Source of the DNA: Elsinoe ampelina
Taxonomy: Eukaryota
Direction: 5' to 3'
Assembly (NCBI GenBank): GCA_010093995.1
Contig: ML992508.1
Location: 654,506 to 718,505, forward strand
Length of the DNA stretch: 64,000 bases
This document shows, piece by piece, positions 12,945 through 22,539 of this stretch (position 1 is its first letter; each line of letters starts with the position of its first letter). Both the position numbers and the translations under genes were made by a program. The notes beneath the pieces are model-generated. The model saw only the letters and a program-made list of their open reading frames with translations. It was not told the DNA's origin and ran no database searches.

Positions 12945-13490
12945 TCAGTCCTCCTTCTTCTTCTCCCCCTCCTCCCCCTGCTCCCCCAAACCCTCGAGAT
13001 ACTCCCTCAAAACCTTCACAATCACCCCATGATCCTCCGCCTGCGCCAACCCACTCACCACAATCACACCAACCACACCCTCCACCCCCTTAACCCTCAC
13101 CGGCCACCCCCCACCGTGAATCGCAAAACTCCCCGCCTCATCCCCCAACCCGTTCTTCTCCGCAAACCTCACCTCATTCCCATCATACTTGTTGTGCATA
13201 TACCACGTCGAGCACCCGAACCTACGCACCGTTTTCGCTTTCCGCGCGACCCAGATCTCGTTGTCCGGCGTCGTGCCGGGGAGGGCGATGTGGAAGAGGG
13301 TTTGCACTGGGTGGGAGGCGAGGGAGATGTGGATGACGCAGGGCTTGGGTTGGGGGAGGAGTGTGTCGCGGAGGAGGTTGCCGAGGGTCCAAGCGGTGGT
13401 CGCGGTGAAGGTGGGGAGGGTGAGTTGGGATTCTTGGAGGGAGAGGGAGGGGAGGTCGGTGGGTGGTGGGGGGATTGAGGGGGCTGTCAT
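12945..13490 (-). CDS. UPF0303 / DUF336 (GlcG/HbpS-like) protein, YBR137W-like
   Basis: F...TAW.LG, TTPDNEIWVARKAKTVRRFGCST and HGGGWPVRVKGVEGVVGVIVVSGLAQAEDH motifs. Likely start is MTAPSIPP at 13490. Confidence 0.85.
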   Translation of the reverse strand: MTAPSIPPPPTDLPSLSLQESQLTLPTFTATTAWTLGNLLRDTLLPQPKPCVIHISLASHPVQTLFHIALPGTTPDNEIWVARKAKTVRRFGCSTWYMHNKYDGNEVRFAEKNGLGDEAGSFAIHGGGWPVRVKGVEGVVGVIVVSGLAQAEDHGVIVKVLREYLEGLGEQGEEGEKKKED

Positions 13491-13789
13491 GGTTGTTTCG
13501 TGTAATTGTGGGAAGTGATAGCGTGGTTGGGTGTGTAGGAGAGAAAACCCAGAGGTATGTGGCAGGCTTATATGCGGGAGTCGGAGGATCAATGGTTCAT
13601 GTCAATTAAACAGAGGCTTGAAACATGAGACAATGGCGGGGGTTCAGGTTGCAGGGAGAGGGGTCACCGCCTTTGGAGCAGAGCCGCATCTTCTCCAATT
13701 CGCGGCAGAAAAGTTTCGGCCTTTTGCGGTGAGTTGAGCTTGAGACGGACTCTGCTTGTTGGGATACTGAGTGTATTCTTGCGCCCACC

Positions 13790-16129
13790 ATGGCTCCTTC
13801 GAAAATACTGGACGATGACTTCGTCGGCACCATCTATGACGACGATGCGATCCCTCTCGAAGACGAAGAGGTTCCGGTATCCGAGGATGATCAACCACAG
13901 ACGAATGGCAAAAAGCGGAAGAGGGAAGATGCTCCCAAATCCCGAAAGAAGCAGAAGAAGGCTGCCATACAGGAAGAAGAGAGTCTACGACCAGCAAAGG
14001 ACGAAGCTGACGGTGAGATCGAGTCCGACTTTGACTTTCAGATTGAGGACGGCATTGCAGACTTCGACGATGAACAGTGGGCAGCTGGAATTAAGGATAG
14101 CGACTTGGGAACCCGAACTATTGACGAGATTGTGGCTGCGAGGAAGCAGAATGGTGGTATCAATACTGAGGAAGAAGAGGCACAAGATGGAGAGGTGGAC
14201 CTGTCAGACGAAGAGCTGCTAGCAGACGATGCATTCGGCATGGGCGCTGAATCCGCGGACGAGGAAGACGAAGCTGAACCACCAAATGGGAGTGATCAAG
14301 AAGACGAGGAGGATGGGGTTGACCATCAGGATGAAGATGGCAGCGAGGACGAGCAAGAGGTTGCTGCACCTGTTGCTCACCCGGATGACCTTGTCGTTCA
14401 GGACGATCGATCGGGCTCGGAATCAGAGGCCGAGGACGAGACAGAGGCAGCTCGAAGGAAGGCATACTTTGCTCCAGAGTCGAATACGGACACAAACGCG
14501 ATTGAGACTGGCACTGGATCGTTCATCGACTTTCAATTGTCGAGGCCCATCCTTCGAGGACTCTCTGCGACTGGCTTCACCGTGCCGACTCCGATTCAGA
14601 AACGAGCCATCCCGATAGCTCTGTTGGGCAAGGACGTCGTTGGTTCCGCCGTCACTGGATCCGGTAAGACAGGTGCCTTTATGATCCCTATCCTTGAACG
14701 ACTATTCTACCGTTCCCGCGACCACGCCACAACACGTGTTGTAGTCCTCACACCAACTCGTGAGCTGGCACTTCAATGTCATCAGGTAGCCACCAAGCTC
14801 GCCTCGTACACAGACATCACTTTTGGACAAGCCATCGGTGGTCTGAATCAGAAAGTGCAAGAGAATGCTCTCAAGCAGCGCCCGGATATTGTCATCGCCA
14901 CCCCCGGTCGCTTCATCGACTTTATGCGCAACTCCTCCGCCCTGGCCCTTGATGGCATCGAGATCCTCGTCCTCGACGAAGCCGACCGCATGCTCGAAGA
15001 TGGCTTCAAAGACGAACTCGACGAGATCCTCAAGACCCTCCCTCGAAAACGCCAAACCATGCTCTTCTCCGCCACCATGACCTCGTCCGTCGACAACCTC
15101 ATCCGCGTCGGCTGCACACGCCCCGTCCGTCTCGCCGTCGACGCCGGCAAATCCACCGTCCGCGGCCTCGTCCAAGAATTCATCCGACTCCGACCCGGCA
15201 AAGAAGGCCTCCGCCTCCCCTACCTCATCCACCTCTGCACGACCACCTACATCCGGCGCACCATCGTCTTCTTCCGCCAAAAAGCCACCGCGCACCGGGT
15301 CCGCGTCCTCTTCGCCCTCCTCGGCCTCTCCGCGGCGGAGCTCCACGGCGCCATGTCCCAAGACCAACGCATGGCGGCCGTCGAAGCCTTCCGCTCGGGC
15401 ACGGCCAGCTTCCTCCTCGCCACCGACCTCGCCGCCCGCGGCCTCGACATCAAAAACGTCGACGGCGTCATCAACTTCGAAGCCCCGCAGTCCCACGAGA
15501 TCTACCTGCACCGCGTGGGACGCACCGCCCGCGCCGGCCGCACGGGCCGCTCGTGCACGCTCGCCGCCGAAGCGGACCGGAAAGTCGTCAAGGCGGCGGT
15601 GAAGGCGGCGCGGGGCCAAGGGGCGGAAATCAAATCCCGGTCCGTGCCGGGGGACGCGGCCGAGACACTCGCGGCCAGGATCACCTCTCTGGAAGCGGAC
15701 GTCGAAGCCGTGCTCAAGGAGGAGAAGCAGGACCGCCTCGTGCGCGTGACGGAGATGCAGGCCAAGCGCGCGGAGAACCTCATCGTGCATGAGAAGGAGA
15801 TCATGGCGCGGCCGAGGAAGACGTGGTTCCAGGGGGAGAAGGAGAAGAAGGAGGCGAAGGCGAGGGGGGGCGAGGTGTTGAATGGGGCGCAGGAGGGGTG
15901 GGAGGCAAAGGCTGCGGAGTTGTTGGAGAGGGAGAAGGGGAGGAAGAAGTTGAGTAATAAGGAGAAGAAGAGGATGGCGTTGAAGGAGGAGAGGAGTGAG
16001 GGGCGGATGTGGAAGAAGGGGAAGGAGGAGAGGGGGAGGAAGGTTGGGGCTGGAGGGGCGGGTAAGGCGGGAGGGGGGAAGGGGAAGGGAAAGGCTGGTG
16101 GGCTGAAGGGGAAGGGGAAGGGGAAGTGA
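13790..16129 (+). CDS. DRS1: DEAD-box ATP-dependent RNA helicase Drs1 (60S biogenesis)
   Basis: 779 aa. Acidic N-terminus, Q motif, [32 protein letters not shown], and the C-terminal [11 protein letters not shown] motif typical of Drs1. Confidence 0.93.
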   Translation: MAPSKILDDDFVGTIYDDDAIPLEDEEVPVSEDDQPQTNGKKRKREDAPKSRKKQKKAAIQEEESLRPAKDEADGEIESDFDFQIEDGIADFDDEQWAAGIKDSDLGTRTIDEIVAARKQNGGINTEEEEAQDGEVDLSDEELLADDAFGMGAESADEEDEAEPPNGSDQEDEEDGVDHQDEDGSEDEQEVAAPVAHPDDLVVQDDRSGSESEAEDETEAARRKAYFAPESNTDTNAIETGTGSFIDFQLSRPILRGLSATGFTVPTPIQKRAIPIALLGKDVVGSAVTGSGKTGAFMIPILERLFYRSRDHATTRVVVLTPTRELALQCHQVATKLASYTDITFGQAIGGLNQKVQENALKQRPDIVIATPGRFIDFMRNSSALALDGIEILVLDEADRMLEDGFKDELDEILKTLPRKRQTMLFSATMTSSVDNLIRVGCTRPVRLAVDAGKSTVRGLVQEFIRLRPGKEGLRLPYLIHLCTTTYIRRTIVFFRQKATAHRVRVLFALLGLSAAELHGAMSQDQRMAAVEAFRSGTASFLLATDLAARGLDIKNVDGVINFEAPQSHEIYLHRVGRTARAGRTGRSCTLAAEADRKVVKAAVKAARGQGAEIKSRSVPGDAAETLAARITSLEADVEAVLKEEKQDRLVRVTEMQAKRAENLIVHEKEIMARPRKTWFQGEKEKKEAKARGGEVLNGAQEGWEAKAAELLEREKGRKKLSNKEKKRMALKEERSEGRMWKKGKEERGRKVGAGGAGKAGGGKGKGKAGGLKGKGKGK

Positions 16130-16174
16130 ATGGTAGGATGGTGGGGTGCTGTAGTCGTCTATATCGGATTGTGT

Positions 16175-17438
16175 CTAGATACCCCTGTTGAACTCTACGA
16201 TGCCGTCCTTGCCGCCGTCGACTTTGTCCCAGAACTCCTCTTCCAGACTGCCGACTTTGATGGATTGTCGTTGTGGGAACGCACCTAGTGCCAATGGGAG
16301 AGCAAAGATGCTCGTACCCAGGATCAAGCCTATGTTCACCGGCATCACCATGCGAGGTCGTTGCTTGAGCCAATCTGTCTTTTGCAGCCTGACGAGGATG
16401 AGAGGTGGAAGGACCATGATCGGGGTCGCGTTGAAGATTCTGCTGGCTGCTGTTTCGGCGACGGCGAGGGTGGCTGCACGCTTGGACTTTCCGATCGACT
16501 GCTGTGGTCCGTCGTCCTGGATATCGTCTGTGAAGGGCGCGGTGAAGTTGCTGTCTTGGTCGATGAGAGGTGGACCGGAAGCGGCAGATGGAGTGGCAGC
16601 TATGGCTGCAACTGCGTTGGTGAGGTTGTCTCTCTTTCCCTCGTCGACTTTTGGAGCTGCTTTGCGAGAAGGGTAGATGTCAATGCCGTTCCTGATCTCA
16701 TCGCTACGCATGAGGAAGACGTTGAGAATACCAGCGCATGCCACCGCTGCGAACGGCACGAGTCGACCAAGGATGACTTTTGTGGTTGGCGAGACACGTT
16801 TGAGACGGGGTACTAGGGCATTGAGACCAAGTGCTACCGAGCATGAGGCGGAGACGGCCAAGAGGTAGTTCTTGACCAGACTTGACGTAGACATGGGCGA
16901 AGACTTGTTCGCATTGGAAGCATTAATGCCGACGTTGAGAGACTGATTCGTGATCTGCCAGCCTAGAGTACCCGCAGTAGATAGATTGGGAGTCAGCATG
17001 CCACCCGTGACGATCAGGTTGGACAGGACGAAACATGACATGCGAAAGGGGAGGAAGACTGGTTCGCCTGTGTCTGGGTGGAGGGTAGAGTCAACAATCT
17101 TCTTAGCCTCCCATAATTCGGGAGTCATGTGCTTGACTTTTCCCTGCTTGTAGGCTGCGATGAGTGATTTTGCGTTCTCGAGGCCAGCTTGCGATGTGAA
17201 GAGCGTTCTATAGCAGTATCAGCGATATCGGGCCTGCGTGAGTGATGCTGGAGATGGCCACGATGACAAGCCGAGCTCGTTCCAGAGCTGGTACAAGGGC
17301 GAGGCGACTTGCATCTCACGACAGAAAGACTTACCTTGGATCAGAAATCTTTGCGCTCTCCTTCACCCGGCCCCAGTACGTGTTGAGGTCATATTGAGAG
17401 CTCGGAAGGTCGCGTGACCCTGGTATAGAGGCGGACAT
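16175..17438 (-). CDS. FSF1: Sideroflexin / mitochondrial tricarboxylate-iron carrier family, 2 exons
   Basis: Exon 1 MSASIPGSRDLPSSQYDLNTYWGRVKESAKISDP (ATG 17438), intron about 17208-17334, exon 2 LWEAKKIVDSTLHPDTGEPVFLPFRMS...FNRGI. Confidence 0.9.
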
Positions 17439-17645
17439 CGCGCTGACAGCAGCAGATCACTGCGTATGCGTTTATGCTGTAATTAGTGTTACCGATTTTC
17501 CGACATGGTGAATTCGGACTGGAAGTTTTAAAGGCACCACCATTGACATGGTGCGGTGAAGAAAGTCGTTCCTCAAAAGCTTCAGTTTCGCCGCCCGAGA
17601 TTCGGACGAAGCTTCAACACATTCGAATCTTACTTGGAACATATA

Positions 17646-17826
17646 CAGTCGTTTTGAGTTCAACCGAGCCACCCCGGGCTTGGCGGTACTCTTCACCGAC
17701 TTCTGCTTACCAAAATTGGCTGGCTAGAGGTCTAGAGAGAATATAGAGTTAGAGAGAATATAGAGTCGAATAGCTTAATAACGCTATCTATTTAAATGAA
17801 ATTAAAGCTAAAAAAAGGTATAATAG
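17646..17826 (+). repeat. Left TIR plus subterminal inverted repeats of the Tc1/mariner element
   Basis: 40-bp perfect TIR, a patchy inverted match to about 17743, a 17-bp tandem duplication TAGAGAGAATATAGAGT (17733-17766), and a 28-bp block AAATTAAAGCTAAAAAAAGGTATAATAG (17799-17826) that is inverted at 27965-27992. Confidence 0.9.
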
Positions 17827-18249
17827 ACTAGTTAGTATATACTAACGTTACTAAATTATAGCTCGTAAGTGTCCTTCTTCTATAACTAACTATCGCTCTA
17901 GCCGTATAAAGAAACCTTTAAGGGCAGTATAGAAGGCAATTATAATATTCTTTACTTCTCTATTATTGCTACTAGTCTCTTCTTCTTTAAGGCACTCCTT
18001 AAGCTTGTTAGAGAAGGTACTAGATAACCTTCGTCGTAGTCTAACTATCTAGCTAAAGAGCTATATACTAGCGCTAGCGTAGGTAGCACCTTATCTAGAG
18101 GTTATATCTACTAACCTAGCTCTTTAGAGGCTTATAGAGTAAGCTATAAACTAAGTTATACTACCTTTATAAGCTAGATCTTAGTAGCTATCTCTTCGAT
18201 TAAGGTTTCTAATACCTGTACTAGACTAGCTAAGGTAGTTAATTAAGTT

Positions 18250-19600
18250 AGATATAGTACTAGAGGAAGAGCTAGATATATAGGTAATAGAGGTGCTATA
18301 GTTATTATAAGTGCTAGAGTTACTAGAGACCGATCCTAGCAACTTAGATACGCTCTATCTTAGTCGAATAGTAGAGGTAAGGCTAGTAGTAAAGCTTAGA
18401 AGTAAGACTCTATACTATAATAAGTATATATTTAGCTAGCTAAGTAATCTATTATAGTTAGTACTAGCTAATTAGGTAGTAGAGAAGAGTAGTCTTATTA
18501 CTTAAGCTATACTCGAGCTACTTTTACTTAATTATACTACTACCTATAAGCGTCTTAGTATATAGTAGCTATTTAGAGTAGCAATATTAGAGCTAGCTAA
18601 GATATAGAGGCTAGTTAATAAGCTTAAAGATTAGCTTACTAAGGATTACTAGTAGCTTAGGCTCGGCCTTACTACTAAGATAAAGAAGGTACTAATAGCT
18701 ATAAACTCTATAGTAAATTTAAGAGTTATATAACTACCTTTAACTATACTAGTTCTAAGCTCTTTAATAGGTCTACTACTACTACCTTTATAGTAATTCT
18801 CCCTTAGATCGACGCTAGTAAGAATAGTATAGACTCTAGTAGCTAGTATAACACTACTATCTTCGTAGGTAGTATAGCTAGCGCTACTATTATAAGGTTA
18901 AGGCTTAGCGACGAGCTAATTACATAGTACGCTCGAGGGCGTAAATAGTAATAAGAAGCCTCTATTAGAGTTAGTATAGACTTGTACTAATCGTAATTAC
19001 TATAACTATAAGAGGTTATACTAGCGTATATTAACTAGTAAGCACTACCGGATTATAACGGAGAATAAGTATATCTAGGCTACTACTATTTACAATAGTA
19101 AAGCTACTATTAATCGTTCTCCTATAGGCTTTATATTAAGCCTTAATTGCTTAAAGGCCTCGAGGAGTGTTAAAAGTGCTCTACTAACACTATCGATACT
19201 AATGCCTTTAGCGTCTTTAGCGCCTTTTATACTCTCTCTAACACCTATTAACTATATTAATATTATAAACTTAATTGCTCCTTACTAGCTATAGTAGCGC
19301 TTAGGGCCTATAAATAACTTAAGATCCTTACCTATTACCTCTAAGGCCGACCCTTATAAAGTTTTAACTAAATTCTTTAAGTAGATAAAGAGAAAGAGAA
19401 GCTTTAAAAGGGATATTTAGGTGCTAGATTAGGTTAAATTTAAGCTAAGGAAGGAGAATTATAACCTTAACAGCGTAAGAGGTATATACTTAGATAGGTA
19501 GAGGGATACCTAGGCCTTTAATAAAGGCCTTCTATACTAGATTTAAAGCTAAATTAGCTCTTTTAAGCGCTAGTATTACTCTAAGATAGTTACACGAGCT
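18250..19600 (+). pseudogene. RIP-inactivated second ORF of the DNA transposon (W-x-C-x4-C-x-N-x4-CW-x6-H Cys/His-motif protein); ends approximate
   Basis: One + frame reads coherently once TAG/TAA/TAT/TAC are back-mutated. At 18977-19123 it reads *TCTNRNYYNYKRLY*RILTSKHYRIITENKYI*ATTIYNSKATINRSP, consistent with WTCTDRDCHNHKGSCW...HY...W..AI..G.AT.DRPP. Pro/Ser-rich linkers flank it, then RSSP...FF.W. Confidence 0.6.
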
Positions 19601-19968
19601 AGATCGAATTAAGCGAGTTAGATACCTTACTATCTCGGCGGTTAAAATAGGCACTTTTACCTAGTTTATAGTAGCTAATATAGATACTAATTTACGTAGC
19701 GTAATAGATAATTTAACTAGCTTAGCGGCTAAGATAGATGTTAATCTAGTTCGGCTGCCGAACTAGACTTAGTTTATCTAACTTAGAGTAGTACACGTAT
19801 AGTATAAAGTAGTTATAGTAGTAGTAAAGAGTTTTTACTAGGTTTTAGTATTAAACTTATTTAACATAAGTAATTTCTTATATACTAAATAGATCCCCTA
19901 TAACCTTATACTATATCTATAGCTCTTAAAGTGCGCCTTAGTATATAGTCTACTATATAAGTAGATAG

Positions 19969-20431
19969 TATTACGAACTAGTAGGATAGCTAAAGCGTAG
20001 GGACGTTAGGACTAATTAAACTACTAAGGTTATTACGTAACCTAGCTCGATATTTACCTAGTTCTCTATCTTCTCTAGCGGCTCTACCTTAGGGACTATA
20101 GAGTATATAGGTTACTAGCGGACGTATACTCTATATTGTTCCTAACTCTCGCTACGGAGCGTATAGAGTATATAGAGTACATAGGGAAGAATATATATAT
20201 ATAGAAGTAGTCCTTACCTTATATAAGTATAGTAGTTAACCTTGTCTAGATAGTAAACACTAGTATTACTAAGGCTAGCCCTTGTAATACTATCTAATTA
20301 TACTTTATTATCTATAAGATATATCTTCTCTAACTCTTACCTTAGTACTATACTACTATAGAAGTAGAACTACCTCGTTCTTAGCTTAGCTTAGACTACT
20401 AGTGTAGGCTATATTTAGACAGTTCGTAACA
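19969..20431 (+). repeat. 5' LTR
   Basis: TATTACGAACTA...CAGTTCGTAACA (RIP-altered TG...CA inverted ends), TATA-rich tract at 20191-20203. Direct repeat of 26530-26992. Confidence 0.92.
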
Positions 20432-20547
20432 TTTTAACTACTCTTACTATAGTATAGCACGCTACGAGGTTAATAAGTAACTCTTGCTCTAAGTTACTAT
20501 TAGTATCTTCGATTACTAGCAAGCTAGAAAAGCTTACTATTAACGAC

Positions 20548-22539
20548 ATGTCTACTACTAGTTTAACCTCGGGCGAATATAGAAGGTCTTTTAGTATAGA
20601 AGAACGAAGTAAGCCTAAGTTAGAAGTAGAACTCTTCTACGAGGACCGCGCCTACTTAAGGCGCTTTCTTGTTTAACTTAAAGCCTTCTTTGCTCTAGAG
20701 GGAGATAAGTACGCTAATGACGTAGTAAAGGTCCTCTATACCGGGATACACCTTAAAGGCGCCGCCTTCGGGTAGTTTAAGCCCTATATAAGTAGCTACC
20801 TAGACGGATAACTAAGCCTAGATATAAAGGCTATCTTTAAGAGCTTTAATATCTTTTAGGCAAAGATTAAACAAGTCTTTAACGTATCTAATAAGGAGCG
20901 TATCGCTGCGACGAAGATTTAACAACTATAACAACGTAGGTCTATAGCCTAGTACTATTTCTAGTTTTAACAACTCGTAATATACCTAGACTAGAATAAT
21001 AGTACTAAATATTTAGTATTCTACTAAGGACTAAGCGACTTAGTCAAAGACTAAATAATACTCGAGCTACCTAATAGCCTCTAAGAACTAGTAGATACTA
21101 CAATTGCTATTAATAATTAACTTTATAAACAATATATAGAACGTCGCGGAGGATATAAGGTAAATACTAGATATACACGTTTCTCTCGAAACTATAGAGA
21201 CTCTATAGAACTTAATACTATACGCGAAGGCTACCTCTTATAGATATAAGGCTATAGCTATAGAGGAAAGTTCCTTAGTAGAAAAGAGAGAGAGAAGTAT
21301 AGATAAGACAACCTATGTTTTAAGTATAAAAGACTTAAGTATTAGGCTAGAGACTACTAGCAAGGGGCGCTAGCTAATAGATTACATATAATAGTTACTA
21401 GGCTAGTAGAAAAAAAGGCCGACACTACTATAGAAGACCTAACGACCTTTAGCGTAGGCAAGGAAATATAGAAGGAGTCTATAATAACTTAAGAGATAGT
21501 AGAATCCTCTCCGGATGTTACGCTTAATATCTCTATAACTAATAGCAAACGATAAAGCTAATACGTAACGCTATTATAGATAGTATATTATAATAACTCT
21601 TATTATATTTACTTATTAGACAAGTAGGGATCTAGTTAGTTCCTATATAAGCTATCTAAGCGTAGGCAACTAACGAAATAGCTAGACTAGGAACCCGACC
21701 TAGAAGAGCTTCTTATAATTAGTAGTAATAGTAACTAACCTTAGAAGGTAGTTAGCGATAATTACTAATATACAATTATCGAGATAAAGTATTAGAACGT
21801 AAGTGCTATACAATAATATAGTAGCCTTACCTTTAGCTCTTACGGCGCACTATAAGGAAAGGTATATTATATATCGCTCTAGAAATGTACAAATCTAAAT
21901 TATAAATAGTACTATACTATCTACTTATACGACGTACTTAGAGAAGACACCGTTAGTCTCGAATACACTACGGACTTCTTAGTAATCGAAATAGGTAGTA
22001 CTATCCCCTATAGCTAAGTAAGAGAATATACTTAGTGTAGCCTTACTAACTATAACTATACTAGAGACAGTAGCAAAGAAGAGAAATATAATAAAGAATA
22101 CACCGAGTAACTATAATATAATAACATAGATAAGGACTTATCTAATAATAATAACAATAATAATAACGTACTACTACTAGGTAAACAACTTAAAGTATAC
22201 CTTATAGAGATATAGAGGAATTATATAATAATATACACCTACTACTAGAATAGGATATAACAAGACAAATCTACGTAACTTGTTTTTGTCTTTAATACTA
22301 ATACCTAGCTACACCCGGAAGGAATAGTTATACTAATACGAGTGTATAACACTACTTAGTGTAACTAGTAGAGAATTATTAGACTTTATAGTCACTAAGG
22401 GACTTAGGCGCTAGAAGTTTACCTTACTATATTAAGTAGCGACAAGACACGACTTGCCTAATAGATATAGTACTAATAGTAAATACGTGTAGGAAGAGAT
22501 TAGCTACTTATCTAAGGAGCTATAATAACAAAAAACTAG
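20548..22539 (+). pseudogene. Gag ORF relic (about 663 codons) with CCHC knuckle and long C-terminal extension
   Basis: ATG 20548. Capsid-like FYEDRAYLRRFL...KVLY...LKGAAFG*F. Knuckle NLCFKYKRLKY*ARDY (CX2CX4HX4C after back-mutation) at about 21310-21357. Ends ACA AAA AAC TAG at 22528-22539. Confidence 0.8.

Noticed and set aside
14702..15790. Long antisense ORFs (362 aa opposite DRS1; similar ones opposite the nitrilase, cdt-1, DML1 and the wall protein)
   Set aside because: These are shadows of GC-rich, codon-biased real genes on the other strand and show no domain-like content.
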